A stretch of DNA of 64,000 nucleotides from Candidatus Bathyarchaeota archaeon (GTDB taxonomy: Archaea; Thermoproteota; Bathyarchaeia; TCS64), in the NCBI GenBank assembly GCA_016783455.1, contig JADHWN010000004.1:27541-91540 (forward strand), in the 5' to 3' direction. The notes under the pieces were generated by a model, which saw only the letters and a program-made list of their open reading frames with translations, had not been told where the DNA came from and did no database searches. Shown here in pieces: positions 26,249-35,653 of the stretch (the stretch's first letter is position 1; the number at the start of each line of letters is the position of its first letter). The position numbers and the translations under genes are program-made.

Positions 26249-27088
26249 TTACTTCTGGCATTTTGGACAGAGGTAGACCTGTCCGCCACCGTGGTTTATC
26301 TTCTCTATGGGGGTGCCGCAGGCTGGGCAGTCTCGCTCCTTCATGTTCGGGCCCATGACTGGGGCATAGCGTCCCTGCCTGCCGTAGATGTCCTGGAACT
26401 TGTCCTTGCCTCCTAGGCGTAGCCTCTCGCCAATCAACTGGTTTATCGCGTCGAAGAGGGCGCGCCTCTCGACGTCGCTCAGCTCGGAGGCCCTCCTCTT
26501 GGGGTGGAGCCCCGCCCTGTAGATGACGTCCTGGAAGGCGCTGTTGCTCAGCCCGACTAGGACAGCGTCCTTCCCCACGAGGACCTGCTTCAGCTGCCTG
26601 CGCCTGTCGGAGACCAGCTCTGTGAACCTCTCGAAGGTGAACTTCTCCTCCATCGGAGAGGCCTTCTCGGAGAAATCTCTCCTGTAGACGTAGGAATCCA
26701 GGAGCCCTGAGTCTTCTACCGCGCTTATCACTCCCATGCTGGTGAGCCTCACTGTCAGCGCAGTCTCATCGTCGAAGTCTACCTTGAGGTGATACTTATT
26801 GGGCAGGGACTCGGAGCTCGCGTGGTAGAGGACCGCCCCTCCATACTCCGGCGTGATGACCATGTTCATCCCGTTATCCAGCTTCACAAGGATCGTGTTG
26901 CCCCTAGAGACAGCGGACTCGATGACGCCGTCGACAAGGCGATCGTAGTCCTTCAGGTCCTTGTTGATGAACCCGATCTTCTGCATCCTCTCATAGTCCC
27001 GCAGGTCGCAGGCTGCTATCCTCTTCCCTGGCAGCTCCTCGTTCAGCTGTCCAGCGAGGATTGATGCCTCAGGAAGTTCAACGCTCAT
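26249..27088 (-). CDS. Fpg/Nei-family DNA glycosylase-like protein (atypical N-terminus)
   Basis: N-terminus MSVELPEA.., an H2TH-like GLSNSAFQDVIYRAGLHPKR, and a C-terminal zinc finger CPACG..(x16)..CPKC. Confidence 0.75.
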   Translation of the reverse strand: MSVELPEASILAGQLNEELPGKRIAACDLRDYERMQKIGFINKDLKDYDRLVDGVIESAVSRGNTILVKLDNGMNMVITPEYGGAVLYHASSESLPNKYHLKVDFDDETALTVRLTSMGVISAVEDSGLLDSYVYRRDFSEKASPMEEKFTFERFTELVSDRRRQLKQVLVGKDAVLVGLSNSAFQDVIYRAGLHPKRRASELSDVERRALFDAINQLIGERLRLGGKDKFQDIYGRQGRYAPVMGPNMKERDCPACGTPIEKINHGGGQVYLCPKCQK

Positions 27089-27237
27089 CTTGACATCCAC
27101 ACCGAATTCATGAGTAATACGTGTAAAAGAAACAATGGGACTAATCCCTGTTAAAATTAGCCCTCGAACGGGATGCACTTCCCCAGAGGGGAATCCAAGT
27201 ATAGTTATATCAGTGCGCTTGAGTGATGTAGATCCAT

Positions 27238-27711
27238 ATGGTCTCAGAGAAGGACATCGCCGAGTTCGGCGACCTCTGGTCGCTCATGTACTACACCTTC
27301 GCTAAGGAGATGGTGGACAGCTTCGGTGAGGAGGGAAAGGAGGCCTTAATCAGGGCCATCAGGGCCTACGGCCGGGCCAGGGGGCTCCGCCTCAGGAAGC
27401 GCCACGAGGAGATGGGGCTCCCCATCAACCTTAGGTCCCTCTTCGAGGTCTACGACCTGCCGGGTCACCCGGACACCGAGAAGGAGCGCACCACATTCGA
27501 GGACGACAAGCTCATCAGCTACACCTACGTCTGCCCCTACGAGAGGATCTGGAGGTCCCACGACGGGAACGACATCGGCCTCCTCTACTGCGAGAACTTC
27601 CACCACGCAATGTGGCAGGCCTACCGGCCCGACCTGGACGTCCAGATACCCGAGATACTCACCAAGGACGACCCCCACTGCCTCTTCGTGGTAACCCAGC
27701 CGAAACCCTAA
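27238..27711 (+). CDS. L-2-amino-thiazoline-4-carboxylate hydrolase-like family protein
   Basis: 157 aa. EEGKEALIRAIRAYGRARGLRLRKRHEEMGL and YCENFHHAMWQAY resemble the ATC-hydrolase family. Confidence 0.5.
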   Translation: MVSEKDIAEFGDLWSLMYYTFAKEMVDSFGEEGKEALIRAIRAYGRARGLRLRKRHEEMGLPINLRSLFEVYDLPGHPDTEKERTTFEDDKLISYTYVCPYERIWRSHDGNDIGLLYCENFHHAMWQAYRPDLDVQIPEILTKDDPHCLFVVTQPKP

Positions 27712-27799
27712 CAAAATTCCCTTTTTCAAGACATCATGTTTCGATGAATTTTCTTCACAAGTCTTATTCATTGATCGGCCCAATTGAACCCGATTCGAC

Positions 27800-28333
27800 A
27801 TGAAAGACGTTTGGGAGAAAGACGCAAGCGACCCCAGCCAGTACCACGTAGTCGAGGCGAAGCGGGGGAGGGAGTTCATACTCCGCCTCACCACGGGAGC
27901 CGACGTCTACCTGGCCATCCAGCAGTTCGCCAAGGACAAGGGCATCAGGTTCGCAAAGGTCCACTGCAGCTTCATGGGGGGCTTCAAGCCCGCGAAGATG
28001 CTGTTCTGGACCCCCGACCCCCACGACCCCGGCAACTGGCACACCGAGACCACCGCGGTGTTCGACAACCTTAGCATGGTGGTCTCCATGAATGGGGTAA
28101 TCCACCCCAGGATCGAGAAGGGCGAGGAGGAGCCCTTCCCAGCCATCCACTACGCAATCGGCGGAGCCTGGGACGTCCCCACTGTTGGTGGCCACCTCGC
28201 CGAGGGCACCATCGTGAAGGGGGTCTGCGAGGTCTTCATAACCGAGATACTGGGCATCGACGTCCTGCTGCCGTCGGGCTACGACCCGGAGGCCGACTCG
28301 GCGCCTGAGAGCTGGTACAAGGAAGTGGAGTAG
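27800..28333 (+). CDS. PPC (DUF296) domain protein
   Basis: RGREFILRLTTGADVYLAIQQFAKDKGIRFAKVHCSFMGG is the typical start of a PPC domain. Confidence 0.55.
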   Translation: MKDVWEKDASDPSQYHVVEAKRGREFILRLTTGADVYLAIQQFAKDKGIRFAKVHCSFMGGFKPAKMLFWTPDPHDPGNWHTETTAVFDNLSMVVSMNGVIHPRIEKGEEEPFPAIHYAIGGAWDVPTVGGHLAEGTIVKGVCEVFITEILGIDVLLPSGYDPEADSAPESWYKEVE

Positions 28334-28442
28334 TCCCCTTCCCCTTTTTACTTAACATCCACGTGCGTTCTTCCCATTTTTAGAGATTATCCTTATTACA
28401 CTGAAGACTTATCTTCCCCCGATCAATGGAGAGGTGATCTGG

Positions 28443-29981
28443 ATGGGTTTCTTCGGACTATTCAAGCCGAACCTGGAGAAGATGGAGCGGAAGAGGGACG
28501 TCCCGGGGCTGATAAAGGTCCTGGGGAGCCCTGACGAGGAGCTCAGGGAGGGAGCCCTCCAGATCCTCTCCCGGATATGCGAGGAGGAGCACCTGGAACC
28601 CCTCACATCCGCCCTGTCGGACAGCTACTGGCGCGTCAGAGCGGGTGCCGCGGAGGTCATGGGGTGCGTTGGCTGCGACGACGCCGCTGAGCCCCTGCTC
28701 AACCAGCTGAATGACGAACGCCCGGAGGTCTGTGTGAAGGTCGCGGACGCCCTGGGAAAGATCGAATGGGCCCCCAGGGACGACTCCGATAGAGTACGAT
28801 TCCTCCTCCTGAAGGGCTCCTGGGTGGAGCTGGCCGACATGGGAGAGACCGCCATCGACCTCATGATCGAGTCGCTCAATGACCCGGACAAGGAGGTGAG
28901 AAGCACCGCCGTGCGGGTCCTGGGAAGGATAGGGGGGAGACGCGCCCTCGAGGCCCTCACCCGGGTCCTGGAGGCGGAGAAGGATGAGAGCATCCGCTGG
29001 AACGCCGTGCTCATCTTCAGCGGGATGGGGGAGGAGGCCATAGAGCCGCTCTTACTAGCCCTGAAGGACCCTGTCTGGGAGGTGAGGGACAGCGCCGCGA
29101 CCACCCTGGCGAACATGGGCGAGGCGGCGTTCCGTCCCCTCCTACAGGCAGTAGACTCCCCCCACGGATACACTCGGAGCCGCGCGGCCAGCGCCCTTGG
29201 GAGCATGGGCGACGTAAGGGCCGTTGAACCTCTTGTCCGCCTTCTGAGCGACGAGACCGACTTCGTCCGCTGGAACGCTGCGGAGGCCCTGGGGGAGCTT
29301 GGAGACCCAGCTGCTGCGGAATCCCTCGGCCAGACCCTGTTGGATAAGGATCGGGGCATCCGGTGGCATGCGGCCCTCGCCCTAGGCAAGATGGGGGAGC
29401 CGGGGGTCCAGATCCTCCTGCAGGCCCTGGAGTATGACGGGGCGTATACTAAGCAGGACCTTATCGCTGCCTTGGCCGACCTCGGGGAGATGAGGGCTCT
29501 GGAGTCTATAGTGAGGGCTCTGGGGAGCGCGACCAAGGAGGTACGCTGGAACGCCGTCATCGCACTGGGGAAGCTCGGTGACTCCTCCACCGTCGGACCC
29601 CTGGCGGGGTTCCTCACGGACAGGGACGAGAGCTTCAGGGGGAACGCTGCGAAGGCCCTGGGAGAGATACGTGACTCGTCAGCCGTCCCTGCCCTTCTGG
29701 ACGCGCTGAACGATCGAGAGCCTTCTGTGAGGGGTTTCATCGCCGAGGCTCTGGGCATGATAGGTGACCTCAGGGCTCTGGAACCATTGATCCAGCTGCT
29801 GGACGACAGGGATTCTGGGGTGAGGAAGGCCGCAGCCACAGGTCTGGGGAGCATTGGGGATCCTCGTGCAGATGGGGCCCTGAGAAAGGCAGCTAACGAT
29901 GGGGACGACGAGGTCCGATACGCTGCCGAGCGTGCCTTAGATGTCCTGGCGAGAAGTAAGGCCGAGAGTTCCTCGTTTTAG
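28443..29981 (+). CDS. HEAT (PBS-lyase type) repeat protein
   Basis: About 15 repeats of the D..VR..AA.ALG.IGD..A...L pattern. ATG at 28443 is preceded by GGAGAGGTGA. Confidence 0.8.
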   Translation: MGFFGLFKPNLEKMERKRDVPGLIKVLGSPDEELREGALQILSRICEEEHLEPLTSALSDSYWRVRAGAAEVMGCVGCDDAAEPLLNQLNDERPEVCVKVADALGKIEWAPRDDSDRVRFLLLKGSWVELADMGETAIDLMIESLNDPDKEVRSTAVRVLGRIGGRRALEALTRVLEAEKDESIRWNAVLIFSGMGEEAIEPLLLALKDPVWEVRDSAATTLANMGEAAFRPLLQAVDSPHGYTRSRAASALGSMGDVRAVEPLVRLLSDETDFVRWNAAEALGELGDPAAAESLGQTLLDKDRGIRWHAALALGKMGEPGVQILLQALEYDGAYTKQDLIAALADLGEMRALESIVRALGSATKEVRWNAVIALGKLGDSSTVGPLAGFLTDRDESFRGNAAKALGEIRDSSAVPALLDALNDREPSVRGFIAEALGMIGDLRALEPLIQLLDDRDSGVRKAAATGLGSIGDPRADGALRKAANDGDDEVRYAAERALDVLARSKAESSSF

Positions 29982-29998
29982 GAAACCTGGGGCGGCTC

Positions 29999-30436
29999 TC
30001 ACTGCCTGCTCAGGTAGATGAGTACTACTGCCGCTATCGTCGTGAAGAGATCCCCGACGAAGTTGAAGACTCCCAGGAGCTGCCTTCCTCCGATCAGCCA
30101 GTTCATCATTGGGTTCGAGGACACAACAAACAGGAAGAACGCAACGGACATTATCATTAATCCAAGGCTGAATTGGGACTTCGTGGCCCTGTAGATCCTG
30201 TAGTAGACCAGGGACAGGTAGAGCAGGAGGATGGCGTTTATACTCGATATAACCGTCTTCCCCGTGAAGTAATTGCTCATCAGTCTCTTGATCATGGGGA
30301 GGTCCTCGGGCTTAATATCGGGTCGGGGGCCAGGGAAGCGGTCATCGAACAGCTGTGCGTGCACCGAGAAAGACAGGGTCAACCCTATCACCATGATGGC
30401 CAGGAAAGCGGTCCTAATCCAGTCTCTACTCCTCAT
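29999..30436 (-). CDS. small 4-TM membrane protein
   Basis: 145 aa and hydrophobic. Lies 7 nt downstream of the wHTH gene, so the two probably form an operon. Confidence 0.55.
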   Translation of the reverse strand: MRSRDWIRTAFLAIMVIGLTLSFSVHAQLFDDRFPGPRPDIKPEDLPMIKRLMSNYFTGKTVISSINAILLLYLSLVYYRIYRATKSQFSLGLMIMSVAFFLFVVSSNPMMNWLIGGRQLLGVFNFVGDLFTTIAAVVLIYLSRQ

Positions 30437-30443
30437 CCGTTTC

Positions 30444-30767
30444 TCACTCCAGATCCTCCCTTTTCAACTTATTTCCAATTCTCACCCAAATCTCCTCAAA
30501 ATCGCCCCAGCCCTCATCGAGCTCCTGGGAGAGGAAGTACATCTTGCCGTAGCGCTCCCCCATGGACGTGATCACCCCATTCTTCACCAGGACATCCAGG
30601 TGGTGGCGCACCGTCCTGTAGTCCACCTCGAGGAGGTTCCCCAGCTGGTTCGCGTTGAGGGGCTCCTTCCTGAGCGCCTGGATGATCCTCCCCCGGTTGA
30701 CCCCGCCTCGAGAGCCCGCGATGAGCCACTGGAGGAGGTGTCTGAAGTTACGCTTTCGGGAGGACAT
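30444..30767 (-). CDS. ArsR-type winged-helix transcriptional regulator
   Basis: RIIQALRKEPLNANQLGNLLEVDYRTVRHHLDVLVKNGVI. I chose the internal ATG at 30767. Confidence 0.7.
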   Translation of the reverse strand: MSSRKRNFRHLLQWLIAGSRGGVNRGRIIQALRKEPLNANQLGNLLEVDYRTVRHHLDVLVKNGVITSMGERYGKMYFLSQELDEGWGDFEEIWVRIGNKLKREDLE

Positions 30768-31002
30768 GGGTTCACTCTGCGTTGAATTAGTTACACAGGA
30801 GCCTTGCACGATAAAAAATGTGTACCTTGCCCTAAAACCGATTATGAAGTAATTCTGGTATAATCTTGAAAAATCGTTTAATTATCTGGGGCTGTTTCTG
30901 GGGGTGAAACGAGGTAGACAGAGTAGTGAACATAATGTGTAACCCGTTGACGATAAAATGTCTCGACATATCCGAGTATAATTATGGCGAGGGCTTTGCC
31001 CG

Positions 31003-31485
31003 ATGAACAGCAAGGTAATAGCGGCAGTAGCGATAGCTCTCTCGCTGATTGTAGTCGGCTGGATGCTATTTAGGCCGAAGGATGGCGCGTCACCGTCGGA
31101 TGAAAACGGTGAGGAGGACTCGCCACCAAACTTCCCAAACTTCGACCCAGACAACCCACCGGAGAGACCTGCTAACATGACGGGTGGTTTCATGGGGGGG
31201 GTCAGGGTCCATAATGGAGCTCGTGAATGGCAGCGGCTCCGCAGAGGAGATCTATGACCTCATCGTCAACGCAACGGACAACATGGAGTTGATGCTCAAC
31301 CCAGACCACGATGGACATGCTGAAAGATCGCCTCGCCCCCATGGTCGTAACACTCAAGGAGCTGAGGACCGAGGTCGGCGACATGATAGCCGAGGGGGCA
31401 TCGGATGAGGACGTCCGTAGCCTGGTCTCCAGTAAACTTGAGGAGCTCTTCGGAGAACGCCCTCAACAACCCCCGACCGAATAGG
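31003..31485 (+). pseudogene. membrane-anchored small protein read across three frames (frameshifted gene, or 2-3 micro-ORFs)
   Basis: Protein-like sequence runs in frame 1 (31003 to about 31200), frame 2 (about 31200-31300) and frame 0 (31311-31485). The first switch is at a G8 run (31193-31200). Confidence 0.4.
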
Positions 31486-31608
31486 AGTAAGAGGACACGA
31501 TGAACGAAACGAAACTCATCAGATCTTGGCAAGTTTATGGTGAGATTCTGAAAAACGATTTAATAACTCCGGCCCTTGGTGACACAGGAAATCGTAGGTG
31601 AATGCGAG

Positions 31609-33717
31609 ATGAGAGAATCAGTGAAGATCAGATCGATCATTCTATTGTCAATAATCTTACTGTCATCAATGTTGATTATCGTCGGGGCACAGGCCTCTGA
31701 CCTGGGGAACGTCCACGGGACAGTCGTGGATGAGAACGGTTCCCCCCTCTCCGACGTCAAGGTGACGGGTTACTCGAGCACAGGGAGCTTCGACTCAACC
31801 GATTACACGGATGGCGACGGGTACTTCAGGCTGGCCCTCTACAAGGGTCGCAACGAGATCTACCTCGAGAAAGAGGGCTACGTGACGGGACATTACAGCA
31901 TCACCCTCCCTCACTCAGTCCTTTACACGGATGACTACCAAGACCCAGTGAAGATGGGAGAGATCATCCTTGAGCAGAACTTGGGGCTAACCACTTCGGT
32001 CCTGAGCAGGGTCGTGACCCCGGGGGAGACCGCGAGCTTCTCCTTCACTGTAAGCGTCGACGATGAGCCCGAGGAGATCGAGTTCCACGTGAACAGCCCT
32101 GAAGGCTGGGACACTAGGGTCCTCGATTCCTCAAGCGAAATCAGAACGATAATGCTGAACTCAGGGAGCGTGAGCCTGACATTAGAGGTCTACGTCCCGG
32201 AGACCGCAGTTGAGACCGAGACGGTCTCCCTGACCGTCGTAGGGACGCTGAACTCCACGTTAAGGTTCACGATACTCCCCTACCAGATACTGGATCGCGA
32301 CATCCAGATGGCCTCAACTTACCCCTACGTCTCCGAGGAGCTCGGGAGGACCATAAGCTTCCCGTTGACCATCTCCAACGAGGGTGAGGCTGACGAGACT
32401 GTCGACCTCCTCGGGGCAGTACCCGAAGGATGGACGACCCGGTTCATCACGAGCGGAGGCACGGAGGTCCTCAGCCTCTTCCTCGAGTCCGGGGACTCCG
32501 AGACCCTCACCCTCGAAGTCGTGCCCCCTGAGGACGCCTCGGTTGGGGAGTACCTGGTGAAGGCCCAGGCGGTCTCTGACGAAGGTATCCTCAGGGACTA
32601 CATCGATCTGAGGTTGCGCCTGAGCGAGGCCGAGGGTGAGGTGAAGGTCCTGAGCTCGTACACGGACGTGACGGTGGAGGCCGGGAACCTCTTCGAGAAC
32701 CCCCTGACGATCTGGAACAAAGGCGACGAAGACGAGCTATTCTTGATAACGGTGATGTCGGTCCCCGCAGGGTGGGAGACCGCCTTCAAGTCAGGCGACA
32801 TCGAGATCTCCAGCCTCCTGGTCCCGGCTGGTTCATCGGCAGGCCTGACCTTCGAGGTCACCCCACCGGAAGACAGCGAGGAGGGCAGCTATAACCTGAT
32901 AGTCTTCTTGGAGTCCGAGAGTGGGAGAGTCACGGACACCCTGATTCTGGGCGTCGACATCAGGGAGGCGACAAGCGACGTAGAGATCGTGAGCACATTC
33001 ACGGACCTGACCGTTAAGGCCGGGAGCGTCATCAAATACCCCCTGAGGATATCAAACAAAGGAAAGAAAGACGACCAGCTGAGGATGAAGGTCGTTTCAG
33101 CCCCGCTAAACTGGGACGCCGTGTTCACCTCGGATGGCAATACCGTCTCAAGCTTCTACATCGCGGCGGGTGACTACCTGAGCCTGAACCTTGAGGTCGA
33201 CCCCCCGAGCAACGTCGAGACAGGTGAGTACTCGATCGTAATCCAGGCCGAGTCGAAGGATGGGACTTTGTCCGATGAGATAGAACTATCGGCCACGGTA
33301 ACCGGCGCTTACGAGGTGGAGCTTACGCTGTCAACTCTCTACACCACGATCACCATCGGGGACTCCGTCGAGTTCACGGTCGAGGTCACCAATATGGGGC
33401 ACTCACCCCTCACCTCTCTCTACCTCGATGCCGCTGTCCCCGACGACTGGGACGTCACGTCGACGCCCTCACAGGTCGCTTCACTGGACCCAAGGGAGTC
33501 CGCTCGCTTCACCATCGTGACGGAGACCCCGACGGACACCGTGGCGGGGGACTATCTGATCACGGTGCAGGCCTTGAGCGACCAGGCAGAATCCGCCGAG
33601 GCTGATCTCAGGGTGACGGCGAAGGCGTCCACCTCCTGGGGCTTCATCGGGATAGGGCTGGCGCTGGTCATCCTCATCGGCCTAGTGGTTGCGTTTACCA
33701 GATTCAAGAGGAGATAG
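31609..33717 (+). CDS. secreted, C-terminally anchored surface protein: CarboxypepD_reg-like domain plus about 5-6 NEW3/CARDB-like repeats
   Basis: Signal peptide MRESVKIRSIILLSIILLSSMLIIVGAQA. A repeated ..L.LEV.PPED...GEY.. motif about every 110 aa. C-terminal TM segment followed by KRR. Confidence 0.7.
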   Translation: MRESVKIRSIILLSIILLSSMLIIVGAQASDLGNVHGTVVDENGSPLSDVKVTGYSSTGSFDSTDYTDGDGYFRLALYKGRNEIYLEKEGYVTGHYSITLPHSVLYTDDYQDPVKMGEIILEQNLGLTTSVLSRVVTPGETASFSFTVSVDDEPEEIEFHVNSPEGWDTRVLDSSSEIRTIMLNSGSVSLTLEVYVPETAVETETVSLTVVGTLNSTLRFTILPYQILDRDIQMASTYPYVSEELGRTISFPLTISNEGEADETVDLLGAVPEGWTTRFITSGGTEVLSLFLESGDSETLTLEVVPPEDASVGEYLVKAQAVSDEGILRDYIDLRLRLSEAEGEVKVLSSYTDVTVEAGNLFENPLTIWNKGDEDELFLITVMSVPAGWETAFKSGDIEISSLLVPAGSSAGLTFEVTPPEDSEEGSYNLIVFLESESGRVTDTLILGVDIREATSDVEIVSTFTDLTVKAGSVIKYPLRISNKGKKDDQLRMKVVSAPLNWDAVFTSDGNTVSSFYIAAGDYLSLNLEVDPPSNVETGEYSIVIQAESKDGTLSDEIELSATVTGAYEVELTLSTLYTTITIGDSVEFTVEVTNMGHSPLTSLYLDAAVPDDWDVTSTPSQVASLDPRESARFTIVTETPTDTVAGDYLITVQALSDQAESAEADLRVTAKASTSWGFIGIGLALVILIGLVVAFTRFKRR

Positions 33718-33722
33718 AATAA

Positions 33723-34658
33723 ATGACTGAAAACGTGATAGAGACATACTCCCTGACGAAGAAATACGGGGACTTCACAGCCGTCGACGAGCTGGACATG
33801 TCTGTGCAAGAGGGAGAGATCTACGGCTTCCTTGGCCCCAATGGAGCCGGGAAGACCACCACAATCCTAATGCTCATGGGCCTCTCGGTGCCCACCACGG
33901 GCACCGCCATGGTCGCGGGCTATGACATCATCGAGAGCTCCAGGGAGATCAGAACCGTCGCAAGCATCCTCCCCGAGTACAGCAGCCTCTATGGGGAGCT
34001 CACCGCCTTCCAAAACCTGGACTACATAGGGCGGCTGAACGACATCCCCAAGGAGGCACGGGAGGACAAGATAGGCGAGATGCTGGAGATCGTCGGCATG
34101 TCCGACTGGAGGGACGAGAAGTTCGAGGCCTTCTCCAGAGGCATGAAGCAGCGCGTCTGCATCGCATCAGCCCTAATCAAGGACCCAAAGTTGGTGTTCC
34201 TCGACGAGCCCACCCTTGGCTTGGACCCTATGGGGACCAAGGAGGTGAGGGAGCTGATACTCAGGCTCAATAGGGAGAAGGGAATGACCGTCGTGCTCAC
34301 CTCCCACCTGCTCAACGAGGTGCAGCTGACCTGTGATCGCGTCAGCATAATCAACAAGGGCAGCCTGGTGGTGACCGAGACCCTGGAGAACCTTCACAAG
34401 CAGATGACCGGCGTCGAGGAGAGGAACGTCGAGTTCAAGCTCTCAGATGTGCCGGAGGGCCTCATAGGGAACCTGGAAGCCCTGGAGGGCGTCAAACAGG
34501 TGGCCCAGGAGGACGACCGGCTCTACGTCTACGCGGGCATTGAGAGCGACTACAATGTCTCCAAGACCATCGTTGACCACGGCGCCGTGATCCTGCTGAT
34601 GAGACCCAAGGAGTACAGCATGGAGGAGATATTCATGAAATACTACGAGGAGGTCTAA
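33723..34658 (+). CDS. ABC transporter ATP-binding protein (ABC-2 type)
   Basis: Walker A GPNGAGKTT, signature FSRGMKQRV, Walker B LVFLDEPT. Confidence 0.9.
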   Translation: MTENVIETYSLTKKYGDFTAVDELDMSVQEGEIYGFLGPNGAGKTTTILMLMGLSVPTTGTAMVAGYDIIESSREIRTVASILPEYSSLYGELTAFQNLDYIGRLNDIPKEAREDKIGEMLEIVGMSDWRDEKFEAFSRGMKQRVCIASALIKDPKLVFLDEPTLGLDPMGTKEVRELILRLNREKGMTVVLTSHLLNEVQLTCDRVSIINKGSLVVTETLENLHKQMTGVEERNVEFKLSDVPEGLIGNLEALEGVKQVAQEDDRLYVYAGIESDYNVSKTIVDHGAVILLMRPKEYSMEEIFMKYYEEV

Positions 34659-34660
34659 AG

Positions 34661-35620
34661 ATGGCTGGAACTTTAACCGTAGCGACCAAGGAGCTCAGGG
34701 ACCAGTTCGGGAGCAAGCGATTCATGATCCTGTTCGGCCTGGTGCTCCTGCTATCGACCCTTTCAGCCTACCAGGGAGTGGACTACATCCGGAACAACGA
34801 GAATGCGGGATTCGTCAATATCTTCTCCGGGACCCAGATGAGCTTCTCGTTCATCCAGACCATGGTCTACTTCGGCCCCCTGCTAGGGCTGGCGTTGGGC
34901 TTCGACGCCATCAACAAGGAACGCGCCACGGGCACCCTCTCGATACTGCTGGGGCAGCCCATATTCAGGGACTCGGTGATCAACGGGAAGCTCATAGCCG
35001 GGGCCACGGCCCTCACAACGCTGGTCCTCGGGACAATAGGGATCATGAGCGGCGTGTCGATACCGATGCTCGGCTTCGGGCCCACCCTCACTGAGATGAC
35101 GAAGATACTCGCCCTCACGCTGCTGACCATCGTCTACCTGGTCTTCTGGTTAAGCCTAGGAATACTTTACTCGGTGCTGATGAAGAGGACAGCGACATCG
35201 ATAATGGCCTCCATCGCAACGTGGCTAACGTTCTCGATAATCATAACCATCCTCGCATCCGTCGTCGCCAGCTTCCTGGTGCCCCTCCCTGGAGGAGGAT
35301 TCCGCCCGCAGGTGGGGAGCGGGGGTATCCGGATGTCCGAGGAGTTCATAGAGGCAATGCAGGAGAGGAATGCCGTGATGTCCACCATCAACAAGATATC
35401 CCCGACGAACCTCTACAGCGAGGCGGCGTCGGACATCCTCGGCGTGGCCGGGGGATTCATGATGGGCATGGGCCGCCAGGAGTTTCAGAGAACCCTTACT
35501 CTGGGGGAGGCGCTGGCAGCGAACTGGGCTAACATCGCCACCATCGTCGTGGGGCTTGTGATCTGCTTCGCGGCCTCCTACATGATCTTCCTGCGCTCCG
35601 AGATCAGGCCAGGAGACTAA
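34661..35620 (+). CDS. ABC-2 family permease
   Basis: 319 aa with about 6 TM segments. Starts 3 nt after the ATPase stop. Confidence 0.75.
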   Translation: MAGTLTVATKELRDQFGSKRFMILFGLVLLLSTLSAYQGVDYIRNNENAGFVNIFSGTQMSFSFIQTMVYFGPLLGLALGFDAINKERATGTLSILLGQPIFRDSVINGKLIAGATALTTLVLGTIGIMSGVSIPMLGFGPTLTEMTKILALTLLTIVYLVFWLSLGILYSVLMKRTATSIMASIATWLTFSIIITILASVVASFLVPLPGGGFRPQVGSGGIRMSEEFIEAMQERNAVMSTINKISPTNLYSEAASDILGVAGGFMMGMGRQEFQRTLTLGEALAANWANIATIVVGLVICFAASYMIFLRSEIRPGD

Positions 35621-35653
35621 CCCCTTCTTTCCTTGTTCTTGAAACCATATATC

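Noticed and set aside
28625-29854. A 409-aa ORF antisense to the HEAT-repeat gene.
   Set aside because: This is an artefact of the periodic, GC-rich repeat structure. The sense frame shows regular HEAT/PBS-lyase repeats, and the antisense product is Ser/Arg/Ala-rich.
31609-33717. A roughly 330-nt periodicity that could suggest a DNA repeat array or CRISPR-like structure.
   Set aside because: The periodicity is at protein-domain level (diverged NEW3-like repeats) inside one ORF. There are no short identical direct repeats with unique spacers anywhere in the window.
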